64,000 bases of DNA from Gemmatimonadota bacterium (GCA_031375485.1 JANMHX010000155.1:8491-72490); one strand, 5' to 3'; numbered from the stretch's first letter, positions 27,498 through 37,211 are shown. The notes: generated by a model not told the origin, from the letters alone. Numbers and translations are program-made.

Positions 27498-28715
27498 ATG
27501 CATACTCCGTATATCGTCGACGGCGTCCGAACCCCGATCGGAAGCCTGGGTGGCAGTCTCGCGGGGGTTCGGGCCGATGATCTTGCGGCCTCGGTGATCT
27601 CGGCACTCGGCGCTCGGCACTCGGCACTCGATTTGGGGCTGATTGCTGACGTCATTTTGGGGTGTGCCAACCAGGCGGGGGAGGACAATCGGAATGTGGG
27701 GCGGATGGCCGCGCTCCTGGCCGGATTGCCTCCGTCGGTGGCGGGGGAGACGGTGAACCGGCTCTGTGCCTCGGGGCTCGCGGCGGTGGCGCACGCGGCG
27801 CGGGCCATCATGACGGGGGATGGCGACCTCTACATCGCGGGCGGGGTCGAGCAGATGACCCGGGCGCCGTTCGTCCTTGGCAAGGCGAAGACGGCCTTTG
27901 CGCGGGACATCGAGATGTTCGACACCAGCTTGGGGTGGCGGTTCGTCAATCCCAAAATGAAAGAAAAGTACGGGGTCGATCCGATGGGGCAGACGGCCGA
28001 AAACCTGCTCGAGACCCACGCCATCAGCCGGGAAGACCAAGACCGGTTCGCCCATCACTCCCAGGTCAAGGCGGCGGATGCCCGGGCCCGAGGGCGGTTT
28101 GCCAAGGAAATCGTCCCAGTCACGATTCCAGCGGCCGGTAAGGGCAAGGAGCCCACCAAGTTCGACCATGACGAGTTCATTCGGGCCGATACCACCATGG
28201 AGGGCTTGGCCAAGTTGAAACCGGCGTTCCGGACCGACGGGAAGGGTTCGGTTACGGCCGGGAACGCCTCCGGTCTGAACGATGGGGCCTGCGCGCTGCT
28301 GCTGGCTTCGGACGCCGGCCTCAAGGCCTCCGGGTTGACGCCCCGGGCCCGGATTCTCGGCACGGCGGTCGCCGGGGTCGAGCCCCGGATCATGGGCATC
28401 GGTCCGGTCCACGCCACCCGGAAACTGCTCACCCGGCTCGGTCTGACCCTCGACCAGATGGATGTGATCGAGATCAACGAGGCCTTTGCCGCGCAAGTCC
28501 TGTCGTGCACCGCGGAACTTGGCATTGCCTCTGACGATCCCCGTCTTAATCCGAACGGCGGCGCCATCGCGCTCGGCCACCCGTTAGGTATGTCGGGGGC
28601 GCGGCTGGTGCTGACGGCCACTCACGAGTTGGAAGACAAAAAGGCCCGCTATGCCTTGGTAACCCTGTGCATCGGGGTCGGGCAGGGCATGGCCGCGGTC
28701 ATCGAACGGATCTGA
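27498..28715 (+). CDS. paaJ: 3-oxoadipyl-CoA thiolase (PaaJ/PcaF)
   Basis: GCANQAGEDNRNVGRM, NRLCASG, NEAFA, GHPLGMSG and LCIGVGQG. Confidence 0.92.
   Translation: MHTPYIVDGVRTPIGSLGGSLAGVRADDLAASVISALGARHSALDLGLIADVILGCANQAGEDNRNVGRMAALLAGLPPSVAGETVNRLCASGLAAVAHAARAIMTGDGDLYIAGGVEQMTRAPFVLGKAKTAFARDIEMFDTSLGWRFVNPKMKEKYGVDPMGQTAENLLETHAISREDQDRFAHHSQVKAADARARGRFAKEIVPVTIPAAGKGKEPTKFDHDEFIRADTTMEGLAKLKPAFRTDGKGSVTAGNASGLNDGACALLLASDAGLKASGLTPRARILGTAVAGVEPRIMGIGPVHATRKLLTRLGLTLDQMDVIEINEAFAAQVLSCTAELGIASDDPRLNPNGGAIALGHPLGMSGARLVLTATHELEDKKARYALVTLCIGVGQGMAAVIERI
27599..27630 (+). repeat. Heptamer tandem repeat (CTCGGCA x about 4.5) inside paaJ
   Basis: ctcggca ctcggcg ctcggca ctcggca ctcg. 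Confidence 0.75.
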
Positions 28716-28719
28716 CGCT

Positions 28720-30780
28720 ATGCGCACTCTGACATCCTATGCCGGAGGACAGTGGGTCGCCGGCTCCGGCAACGCCACCACCCTCGTGCACGCCGTCACC
28801 GGCGATCCGGTGGCCGAGGTCGGGAACAACGGGCTCGACTTCAAGACGATGCTCGAGTACGGCCGCCGGGTCGGCGGCCCCGCGATACGGAAGCTCACCT
28901 TCCACGAGCGGGCTCGGATGCTCAAGGCCATGGCCCAGCATCTGATGGCGCGGAAAGATGACTTCTACGCGCTGTCGGCCGCCACGGGCGCCACGAAGAG
29001 TGATTCCTGGGTCGACATCGAAGGCGGGATCGGGACCTTCTTCAGCTACGCCAGCAAGGGGCGCCGGGAACTGCCCGACGAGACCTTCTACATCGATGGC
29101 GATCTGGAAGCGTTGTCCAAGGGGGGGACGTTCGTCGGCCGCCACATCGCGGTGCCGCTCGAGGGTGTGGCCGTCCATATCAACGCCTACAACTTCCCGT
29201 GCTGGGGCATGCTCGAGAAGCTGGCGCCGACGTTCTTGGCCGGGATGCCCGCCATCGTCAAGCCGGCTTCGGCCACCAGCTTCCTCACGGAGTTGATGGT
29301 TCGGAGCATGATCGACGCCAAGATCCTACCCGAAGGCGCGCTCCAATTGATCATCGGCGGGGTCGGCGACTTGTTCGAACACTTGACCTGCCAGGATGTG
29401 GTGACCTTCACCGGGTCGGCGTCGACCGGCCGGAAGCTCAAGGCCCATCCGAAGATCATCGAAGAGTCGATCCGCTTCAACATGGAAGCCGACTCCCTCA
29501 ACTTCTGTATGCTCGGCCCCGACGCCACGCCCGGCACCGAAGAGTTCGATCTCTTCATCAAGGAAATTGGCCGGGAAATGACCCTGAAGGCGGGCCAGCG
29601 GTGCACCGGCGTCCGGCGGATCATGGTGCCGGACGGCGTCGTCGACGAGGTGATTCGGGCGGTGGGCAAGCGGCTGGCCGGGGCCACCCTTGGTGATCCG
29701 TCGGTTGACGGCGTCCGAATGGGACCACTCGCGTCGAAGGCCCAAGTGGCCGAGGTCCGGAAGAACGTCGACGGGATCAAGGCCGCCGCCGAGGTGGTGT
29801 ACGGCAACTACGACGATTTTACGGTGACCGGCGCCGACAAGACCCGCGGCGCCTTTTTTCCCGCCATGCTGCTCCATTGCGCCGAGCCGCTCCGCCGCTC
29901 CGAGGTCCACGACATCGAGGCCTTTGGACCGGTCAGCACCGTGATGGGCTATCGAACCGTGGCCGACGCCTGCGAACTCGCCAAGCGGGGCAAGGGCAGT
30001 CTCTGCGGCTCGCTCTTTTCCGGCGATGACCAGGTAGCTCGCGAGGTCGTGCTCGGCACCGCCGCGTTCCACGGCCGGCTGATGTTGGTCAACCGGCGCT
30101 CGGCCAAGGAATCAACCGGCCACGGGTCGCCGATGCCGCAATTGGTACACGGCGGGCCGGGCCGGGCCGGCGGCGGCGAAGAAATGGGCGGGATGCGGAG
30201 TGTGATGCACTATCTCCAGCGGACGGCACTGCAAGGCCATCCGGAAACCCTGACCCACGTCATGAAGGTGTGGATGAAGGGCGCCGACACGCCAACCGAC
30301 GTGGCGCATCCATTTTCGAAGTTCTTCGACGACATCAAGGTGGGCGACACGCTGTTTACCCATCGTCGGACCGTCACCGAAGCCGATGTCGTCAATTTTG
30401 CCGGGATGTCGGGCGACTATTTCTATGCCCACACCGACGAGATTGCGGCGAAGGACTCCCTGTTCGGCCGCCGGGTTGCGCACGGCTATTTCGTGCTCTC
30501 GGCCGCGGCCGGGTTGTTCGTGTATCCGCCGAAGGGGCCCGTGCTGGCCAACTACGGGCTCGAGCGGCTCCGCTTCACCAAGCCCGTCTACCCCGGCGAT
30601 ACGATTCAGGTCCGGTTCACCTGCAAGCAGAAGACGGCCAAGGACACCCCGCCCGACGGCGTGCCGCAAGGCGTGGTCGAGTGGGATGTCGAGGTCACCA
30701 ATCAGGAGGCGGAGATCTGTGCGGTGTACTCGATCTTGACCTTGGTGGCGCGCCGCCCAGTGCCAAGTCAGGCCTCGTAA
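28720..30780 (+). CDS. paaZ: Bifunctional oxepin-CoA hydrolase / aldehyde dehydrogenase PaaZ
   Basis: ALDH part (INAYNFPCWG, MEADSLN, GQRCT, HGGPGRAGGGEE) plus C-terminal MaoC domain (GDYFYAHTD, VAHGY). Confidence 0.95.
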   Translation: MRTLTSYAGGQWVAGSGNATTLVHAVTGDPVAEVGNNGLDFKTMLEYGRRVGGPAIRKLTFHERARMLKAMAQHLMARKDDFYALSAATGATKSDSWVDIEGGIGTFFSYASKGRRELPDETFYIDGDLEALSKGGTFVGRHIAVPLEGVAVHINAYNFPCWGMLEKLAPTFLAGMPAIVKPASATSFLTELMVRSMIDAKILPEGALQLIIGGVGDLFEHLTCQDVVTFTGSASTGRKLKAHPKIIEESIRFNMEADSLNFCMLGPDATPGTEEFDLFIKEIGREMTLKAGQRCTGVRRIMVPDGVVDEVIRAVGKRLAGATLGDPSVDGVRMGPLASKAQVAEVRKNVDGIKAAAEVVYGNYDDFTVTGADKTRGAFFPAMLLHCAEPLRRSEVHDIEAFGPVSTVMGYRTVADACELAKRGKGSLCGSLFSGDDQVAREVVLGTAAFHGRLMLVNRRSAKESTGHGSPMPQLVHGGPGRAGGGEEMGGMRSVMHYLQRTALQGHPETLTHVMKVWMKGADTPTDVAHPFSKFFDDIKVGDTLFTHRRTVTEADVVNFAGMSGDYFYAHTDEIAAKDSLFGRRVAHGYFVLSAAAGLFVYPPKGPVLANYGLERLRFTKPVYPGDTIQVRFTCKQKTAKDTPPDGVPQGVVEWDVEVTNQEAEICAVYSILTLVARRPVPSQAS

Positions 30781-30784
30781 GAGC

Positions 30785-32629
30785 CTACCATCGGGCGGGA
30801 AGGTAGTTCCACTGCACCAAGAAGTGGCATTGCAGCAGGGCGCCAGCCGCTATCATGCTGAGCAAGACTCTGCCAATCACGGAGTGCCAGCCGTGCCGCC
30901 AGGCCTCGACGGCGAGACCGGCGAGCACCAGGGTTGCTGCGGCGTGGACGAACGGCACGAGGAGCAGGGCCCCGTCGCCCCGCGTGAGCCCGAGCACCAT
31001 GCCTTGACTGCCCGACAGGTCGCGGGTGGAACGGGCAATGAAGCCGAATCCGAACCAGCCGAACAGGCCCGGAACCACCAGGGCCAAGAGGGCCGACGCT
31101 CGGGCGCCAACGCTCGTCCTGGCGGTCGCCACGATCCGCCGATGCCGGCGCCACCCCGCCCGGCCCAGCGCCACGAGGCCCCACGCGATGACCATGAGCG
31201 CCGGCCCCAACAAGAGCCACGAGACGTACTCATTGAGGAAATACGGGACCTCGTACCACGGCGTCCGCTCGAACGCCGATCCCAGTTCGGCGCCGAACAC
31301 CAAGGCCGGGGCAAACAGGTGGGTCACCCGGCCCCGCTGATCAGTGGCGAAAGCCACCATCCGTTCGCCGCCGGCTTCCCGGAATAGCAGCGAATCGACC
31401 TTGAGGAACGCCAGTCGGCGGGTTCCGAACGGAACCATCAGGGTGTCTCCGGCCGTCCCGACGGCTGATCCGGTGCTGAACATCATCGGGAAGCGCTCCA
31501 CCGTTCGATGGGCATAGCGGGTCATCCGATAGGTGCCGGCGAATCGTTCCACGGAGCCGGAAAGCGTCGCGAACGATGCCGGTTCTCGCGGTCCGAGCAA
31601 CGCCGTCAAGATCGCCTCGTACGCCGCCCCGCCGAACGCCAAACTGCCGCCGTTGGTGGCGACGAAGAACCCGAGTTGCCGGTCCGGGACCACGACGAAG
31701 AGACTGGCAAACCCGGGCACGACTCCGCTGTGGGCAAACACCGTCACCCCGTTCCAGGACTGCTCGAAGAATCCGAGCCCGAGCCCCCGAAGCGCCGGGT
31801 GGTGACTGAATTGCCGGCGGTGCAGCAGGGCTCGTTCGGGAGCCGGGAGCCCGCCGAGTTGGGCCGAGATGAACCGGGCCATGTCGGCGGCGGTGGAGTA
31901 GACCAGGCCGACCGGGTAGCCGTTGGAATAGAGGTCGGCTGCCGGTACGCAACCGGTGTCGCCGCACCGATATCCCACCGCTTGGCCGGGCGACGCGCCG
32001 CTCGAATCCGGGGCGAGGTAGAAGGTCCGCGTCATGCCGAGCGGTTGGAACAGTTCTCGGCTAGCGTACTCGCGGAACGGCATCCCGGCGACGGTCTCGA
32101 CCAAGAGGGCCGCCAAGCTCACGCCGTGATTCGAGTATCCAACCAACCTGGCGGCCGGCCAGCCCCGGGCCGGCATCCGGGACTCCAGGTACTTGCCTAA
32201 CGGTTGCATGGCGGCCGGGGTTCGAGCGGCGTACCCGATCAGGCGCTCGTCGAACCCCGCGGTGTGGGTCAGCAACTGTCGGAGCGACACGGGGCCGTCC
32301 GGGTCCGATCCCAGGGGTACGGCGGGGACCAAGGGCCGGACGTCGGCATCCAAGCTGAGCCGTCCGCGAACCACCTCGCGGGCCGCCGCGGTGGCGACGA
32401 ACAGCTTGCCGACCGAGCCGAGGCGAAAGACCGTGGTGACCGGATCGACCGGGCTCTGGTCCGCGAGCCGGGCGGAGCCGAAGCCCGCGAGCCGGACCTC
32501 CGGTCCCCGCACGATCGCCAACGCGAGCCCGGGCACCCGGTGGCGGGTCATCAGCTCGGGGAGGATCGAGTCGAGCGCCGGCGCGAGGCCGGGCCCGCTT
32601 TGGCACAGACACAACAGCAGAGCGATCAT
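30785..32629 (-). CDS. Serine hydrolase (beta-lactamase family) with C-terminal transmembrane helices
   Basis: FRLGSVGK, LLTHTAG, YSN, HSG; about 4 hydrophobic C-terminal segments. Confidence 0.85.
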   Translation of the reverse strand: MIALLLCLCQSGPGLAPALDSILPELMTRHRVPGLALAIVRGPEVRLAGFGSARLADQSPVDPVTTVFRLGSVGKLFVATAAAREVVRGRLSLDADVRPLVPAVPLGSDPDGPVSLRQLLTHTAGFDERLIGYAARTPAAMQPLGKYLESRMPARGWPAARLVGYSNHGVSLAALLVETVAGMPFREYASRELFQPLGMTRTFYLAPDSSGASPGQAVGYRCGDTGCVPAADLYSNGYPVGLVYSTAADMARFISAQLGGLPAPERALLHRRQFSHHPALRGLGLGFFEQSWNGVTVFAHSGVVPGFASLFVVVPDRQLGFFVATNGGSLAFGGAAYEAILTALLGPREPASFATLSGSVERFAGTYRMTRYAHRTVERFPMMFSTGSAVGTAGDTLMVPFGTRRLAFLKVDSLLFREAGGERMVAFATDQRGRVTHLFAPALVFGAELGSAFERTPWYEVPYFLNEYVSWLLLGPALMVIAWGLVALGRAGWRRHRRIVATARTSVGARASALLALVVPGLFGWFGFGFIARSTRDLSGSQGMVLGLTRGDGALLLVPFVHAAATLVLAGLAVEAWRHGWHSVIGRVLLSMIAAGALLQCHFLVQWNYLPARW

Positions 32630-33273
32630 CCGGGGATTCCGAGGAAGGCGAGATAGGCTTGGGTGAGTTGGTCGATCAACAACGGGGGGTCGACCTCGAT
32701 CGGGTAGGGCTCGAGCGCCCCCGAGAGAATGGCCTCGCGGGCCCCGGCGGAGACGAGGAAGAGCCCGAAGTTGACGGCGAACTCGGGGTCGGGGTGGCGG
32801 ATCTCCCGCCGACGGGACAGGAGCGAGGCCCGCAGCCGCCCATGAACATGGGCGTTGAAGCTCCGAACCTGGCGGCCGAGGAGCGCGTCGCCTTCGCGAG
32901 CCCGGGCCCGGATGTTTCGGATCGTGGTCCGATGTTCGATGAACGTGGTGACCACGGCGTCGATGTAGGCTCGCACCGTAGCCGCCGCCGAGACCTCGGG
33001 AGCCGCCACCCGGTCCATCGCCTCATCGAGCGCCCGGCGGCAATCATCGAGGACGTGCTGGTGGAGGGTTCGGAGCAGGGCTTGTTTGGTCTTGAACCGG
33101 GCGTAGAAGCCGCCGACCGAGATCCCGGCTTCGGCCGCAATCTCAGCGATGCTGTGGTCCTCGGCGGGGCGCTGGGCCAGGAGCCGAGCGGCGGCATCCA
33201 CGATGGCGGTGGCGGTTTCCCGGCTCCGTTCCTGAATCGGGGCATGGGCTTCGGGGTCGCGTCGATCAGCCAT
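32626..33273 (-). CDS. TetR/AcrR-family regulator
   Basis: QERSRET..SIAEIAAEAGISVGGFYARFKTKQAL helix-turn-helix; ATGA-coupled to the hydrolase gene. Confidence 0.92.
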   Translation of the reverse strand: MADRRDPEAHAPIQERSRETATAIVDAAARLLAQRPAEDHSIAEIAAEAGISVGGFYARFKTKQALLRTLHQHVLDDCRRALDEAMDRVAAPEVSAAATVRAYIDAVVTTFIEHRTTIRNIRARAREGDALLGRQVRSFNAHVHGRLRASLLSRRREIRHPDPEFAVNFGLFLVSAGAREAILSGALEPYPIEVDPPLLIDQLTQAYLAFLGIPG

Positions 33274-33279
33274 GCCGAC

Positions 33280-33301
33280 AAAACGAATGCGATTCGGTTT
33301 T
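33280..33301. promoter_or_regulatory. Probable TetR operator
   Basis: Inverted repeat AAAACGAAT-GCG-ATTCGGTTTT, 6 nt upstream of the tetR start. Confidence 0.6.
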
Positions 33302-33385
33302 AGTTTCGGCCGGGCTCTTTCGGATTGAGCCTGGGGAGATCTTCTTTACGAGCCTTCACGACCGCACTGTAGCCAAGGCTGAACC

Positions 33386-33799
33386 ATGCATGTCTTTACC
33401 TATGGCTCCCTGATGTACCGCCAAGTCTGGGATCGGGTCGTCGCGGGCGGCTACCAGGCTCGGGCCGGCACGGTCCGGGGGTTCGTCCGGGTCCGGGTCA
33501 ACAACGAGGCGTATCCGGCATTGCTGCGCGGGCCCGCCCAAAGCGCCGTGCCCGGCGTTCTCTACCTCGACGTTTCCGCCTCCGACCTTGCGACACTGGA
33601 CCGGTTCGAGGACGAAGGCAAAGCCTATGGTCGGATTCCGGTCTCGGTCGAGCTCGATGACGCCAGCGCCCTCGACGCCTGCGCCTATCTCTTCCTTCAT
33701 CCCGACCGAGTCGACGGCTCGCCTTGGGAACCCGAGCGATTCGAGGCCGAGGGTCTTCAGCACTTCGTGAATACCTATTTGCGCGATCGGGCCCCCTGA
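33386..33799 (+). CDS. Gamma-glutamylcyclotransferase (AIG2-like)
   Basis: VFTYGSLM, YPAL and LDRFE. Confidence 0.88.
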   Translation: MHVFTYGSLMYRQVWDRVVAGGYQARAGTVRGFVRVRVNNEAYPALLRGPAQSAVPGVLYLDVSASDLATLDRFEDEGKAYGRIPVSVELDDASALDACAYLFLHPDRVDGSPWEPERFEAEGLQHFVNTYLRDRAP

Positions 33800-33890
33800 G
33801 TCCGCCCCGTGGCGCGCGGTCCGGCGGGGAGCCATAATTGAGGGTCGCCGCCTGTTCCCGATCAGACCAATTCGGAGCTTGAACCCCGCC

Positions 33891-35522
33891 ATGCGAAGGG
33901 CCCTTTCGTTATGTACCATGGTCACGTGCCTTGCCATACCGCTCCTGGCGCAGAAACCGGCGGCTCGGCCGGATCCCCGGGTTGAGTCGCTCAAGAAATC
34001 GCTCGTGGCCGATGTCGATGCCCGCGCCAAACTGACCCAAGAGATCAACGACCAGATCTTCAGCTACGGCGAACTCGGCTTCCAGGAATTCGAAACCTCG
34101 AAGTACTTGGTGGCGCTCCTCCGCAAAGAAGGCTTCACGGTCGAGGAGAACTATGCCGGAATGCCGACCGGCTGGGTGGCCACCTGGGGCGCCGGGAAGC
34201 CGGTCATCGCGGTGGGCTCCGATATCGACGGCATTCCGCAGGCGTCCCAAATGCCGGGCGTGGCGTGCCGCCAGCCGATGATTCCCGGCGCACCGGGCCA
34301 TGGCGAAGGTCACAATTCCGGCCAGGCCGTGGTCGTCACGGCGGCGCTCGCGGTCAAGAAGCTGATGGAGCGCGAGAAACTCTCCGGCACGATCAAAGTC
34401 TGGCCGGGCGTGGCCGAGGAACAGCTTGGCGCGAAGGCCTTCTTTACGCGGGCCGGGCTCTTCAAAGACGTCGATATCAGCTTCTTTACCCACGTCTACG
34501 ACAACTTCTCGACCCCGTGGGGCGCACCGAACGAATACAGCGGCCTCGTCTCGGTCCTCTATTCCTTTCAAGGCGTCAGTGCCCACGGAGCAGGGGCGCC
34601 CTGGCGGGGCCGGAGCGCGCTCGATGCCGTCGAATTGATGAACGTCGGCTGGAACTACCGCCGCGAGCACCTCCGGCTCGAACACCGGTCCCACTATGTG
34701 ATTCGGGACGGCGGTGACCAGCCGAACGTGGTGCCCTCGACCGCCTCGGTTTGGTACTTCCTCCGGGAGCTCGACGCCCCGAAGATCCGCGACCTCTGGG
34801 CCATTGCCGATTCGGTGGCGGCCGGGGCCGCGTTGATGACCGGTACCAAACTTTCGAGCGTCCGGGTCCTCGGCGCCGCCTGGCCGCCGCACTTCAACAA
34901 ACCCGTGGCCGAGGCGTTGGCGGCCAATATTCAACGGGTGGGCATGCCGAAGTGGTCGGCTGACGATATTCGGTTCGCCAAGGCGATCCAGCACGAGATG
35001 GGGCAGAAGGAGCAAGGGCTCGACACCTTGGCCCGCGGGCTCGATGCGCCGCCGAAAGACGCCGACCGCAAAGGCGGCGGCTCCGACGACATTGGCGACG
35101 TGTCATGGGCGGTTCCGACCGTGCAGCTATTCTACCCGTCGAACGTCCCGGGCACCCCGGGCCACAATTGGGCCGACGCCATCGCCATGGCCACCCCGAT
35201 TGCCCACAAGGGCGCCACCGCCGGCGCCAAAGCCCTCGCGCTCACGATGCTCGACGTGCTGACCACGCCGAAGCTGGTGACCGATGCTTGGGACTACTAT
35301 CGCAATGTCCAAACGAAGGACACCAAGTACGAATCGTTCCTCCGTCCCGATGACCGGCCCGCGACCGAACTGAACGGGCCGATCCTGGCCCGGTTCCGCG
35401 ATCAGATGCGGCCGTTCTACTACGATGCCGCCAAGTATCCGACCTATCTCGACCAACTCGGCATCAAGTATCCCACCGTTCGAGCCGCCGACGGCAGTTG
35501 CGGCGCCAAGGCGACCCCATGA
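33891..35522 (+). CDS. Secreted M20 amidohydrolase, AbgB-like (paralog 1)
   Basis: Signal peptide, ELGFQEFETS, GHGEGHN, PWRGRSALDAVELM, GGDQPNVVP and GSDDIGDVSW. Confidence 0.88.
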   Translation: MRRALSLCTMVTCLAIPLLAQKPAARPDPRVESLKKSLVADVDARAKLTQEINDQIFSYGELGFQEFETSKYLVALLRKEGFTVEENYAGMPTGWVATWGAGKPVIAVGSDIDGIPQASQMPGVACRQPMIPGAPGHGEGHNSGQAVVVTAALAVKKLMEREKLSGTIKVWPGVAEEQLGAKAFFTRAGLFKDVDISFFTHVYDNFSTPWGAPNEYSGLVSVLYSFQGVSAHGAGAPWRGRSALDAVELMNVGWNYRREHLRLEHRSHYVIRDGGDQPNVVPSTASVWYFLRELDAPKIRDLWAIADSVAAGAALMTGTKLSSVRVLGAAWPPHFNKPVAEALAANIQRVGMPKWSADDIRFAKAIQHEMGQKEQGLDTLARGLDAPPKDADRKGGGSDDIGDVSWAVPTVQLFYPSNVPGTPGHNWADAIAMATPIAHKGATAGAKALALTMLDVLTTPKLVTDAWDYYRNVQTKDTKYESFLRPDDRPATELNGPILARFRDQMRPFYYDAAKYPTYLDQLGIKYPTVRAADGSCGAKATP

Positions 35523-37141
35523 GACCCGTGATCTTCCTCCTCGCCACGGCCGCATCCGCCCTCGCCGCCCAAGCGAAGCCGGCCCGGCCCGATCCCCGGC
35601 TCGCCAAGCTCAAGCAAGAGGTGGCCGCCGACGTCCAGGCCCGGGCCAAGTTCACCCAGGAAATGGTCGACCAGGTCTTCAGTTTCGGCGAGCTCGGCTT
35701 TCAAGAGTTCGAAACCTCGAAGTACCTGGTGAGCATCCTTCGGAAGGAAGGCTTCACGGTCGAAGAGAATTACGCCGGGATTCCCACGGCCTGGGTGGCG
35801 ACTTGGGGCGCCGGGAAGCCGGTCATTTCGTTAGGCTCCGACATCGACGGGATTCCCCAGGCGTCGCAGATGCCGGGGGTCGCCTGTCGGGCGCCGCTGG
35901 TGCCGGGCGGGCCGGGCCACGGTGAAGGTCATAACGCGGGCGTGCCTCTCAATATTACCGCGGCGCTCGCGGTGAAGCGGCTGATGGAGCGAGACAAGAT
36001 CCCAGGGACGTTGAAGCTCTGGCCCGGGGTGGCCGAGGAACAGATCGGGACCAAGGCGTACTATGTCAGGGCCGGCCTCTTCCGCGATGTCGACATCAAC
36101 ATTTTCAGCCACGTCAGCAGCAAGTTCGGCGTGGCCTGGGGCCAGCCGGACGGTACCGGGCTCGTCTCGGTCGAGTACACCTTCCGGGGCCAGTCGGCCC
36201 ACGCGGCCGGGGCGCCCTGGCGAGGCCGGAGCGCCCTCGACGCGGTCGAGTTGATGAACGTCGGCTGGAACTACCGCCGCGAGCACCTTCGGCTCCCCCA
36301 TCGGTCGCACTATGTGGTGACCAACGGCGGCGACCAGCCCAATGTCGTGCCTCAAGTGGCCTCGGTGTGGTACTACTTCCGGGAGCTCGACTTTCCGAGC
36401 ATCAAGACCCTGTGGGCCATCGGCGATTCGGTGGCGCAGGGCGCCGCGATGATGACCGGCACCACGCTCGAACCGGTCCGGGTGTTAGGCTCGGCCTGGC
36501 CCAATCACCACAACAAGCCGATTGCCGTCGCGATGCTCGAGAACATCAAGCAGGTCGGGATGCCGAAGTGGTCGGCCGATGACCAGCGGTTCGCCAAGGC
36601 GCTCCAAACGGAAATGCAGGTCAAGGTCGAGGGCCTCGACAGCACCGTATCGGATACCCTGCAGACGCCCCCCAAGATGGAAAACATGAAGGGGGGCGGC
36701 TCCGACGACATCGGTGACGTAACCTGGACCCTGCCTTCGGTGACCCTCGGGTTCCCGTCGAACGTTCCCGGGCTGCCCGGGCACAACTGGACCGACGCCA
36801 TTGCCATGGCCACCCCAGTCGCCCATCAGGGTGCCACCGCCGGCGCCAAAGCCATGGCCATGACGATGCTCGACATCCTGCTCACCCCGAAACTGATTGC
36901 CGATGCTTGGGACTACTTCAAGAACGTCCAGACCAAGGACGTGAAGTACGAGCCCCTGATCCGGCCGGACGACCGGCCGGCGATCCACCTCAATGCCGGG
37001 ATTCTGGCCAAGTACCGCGACCAGCTCCGGCCGTTCTACTACGATCCAACCAAATACGGCACCTACCTCGACCAACTGGGGATCAAGTATCCGACGGTCC
37101 GGGCTCCCGACGGGGCCTGCGGGCCCAAAGCCGTGCCCTGA
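35519..37141 (+). CDS. Secreted M20 amidohydrolase, AbgB-like (paralog 2)
   Basis: Start moved to MRPVIFLL (ATGA overlap). Same motifs as paralog 1 and colinear with it. Confidence 0.88.
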   Translation: MRPVIFLLATAASALAAQAKPARPDPRLAKLKQEVAADVQARAKFTQEMVDQVFSFGELGFQEFETSKYLVSILRKEGFTVEENYAGIPTAWVATWGAGKPVISLGSDIDGIPQASQMPGVACRAPLVPGGPGHGEGHNAGVPLNITAALAVKRLMERDKIPGTLKLWPGVAEEQIGTKAYYVRAGLFRDVDINIFSHVSSKFGVAWGQPDGTGLVSVEYTFRGQSAHAAGAPWRGRSALDAVELMNVGWNYRREHLRLPHRSHYVVTNGGDQPNVVPQVASVWYYFRELDFPSIKTLWAIGDSVAQGAAMMTGTTLEPVRVLGSAWPNHHNKPIAVAMLENIKQVGMPKWSADDQRFAKALQTEMQVKVEGLDSTVSDTLQTPPKMENMKGGGSDDIGDVTWTLPSVTLGFPSNVPGLPGHNWTDAIAMATPVAHQGATAGAKAMAMTMLDILLTPKLIADAWDYFKNVQTKDVKYEPLIRPDDRPAIHLNAGILAKYRDQLRPFYYDPTKYGTYLDQLGIKYPTVRAPDGACGPKAVP

Positions 37142-37156
37142 GGACCGGGTCTGTGC

Positions 37157-37196
37157 AAGGGTGACGGCTTCCGGACTCTCCCAGGCCGTCACCCTT
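37157..37196 (+). terminator. Hairpin after the M20 pair
   Basis: 12-bp stem aagggtgacggc / gccgtcaccctt with a 16-nt loop. Confidence 0.45.
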
Positions 37197-37211
37197 TCCG
37201 AAACGGCCCCA

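Noticed and set aside
26685-28580. Apparent 631-aa N-terminally extended enoyl-CoA hydratase
   Set aside because: The extension is the antisense of paaJ; the real start is 27461. The extended starts at 11335, 18635, 36993, 47819 and 52040 are likewise spurious, mostly running into neighbouring genes.
33891-37141. Mobile element or assembly duplication behind the M20 repeat
   Set aside because: The copies are well diverged at synonymous and amino-acid level, and there is no transposase or terminal repeat.
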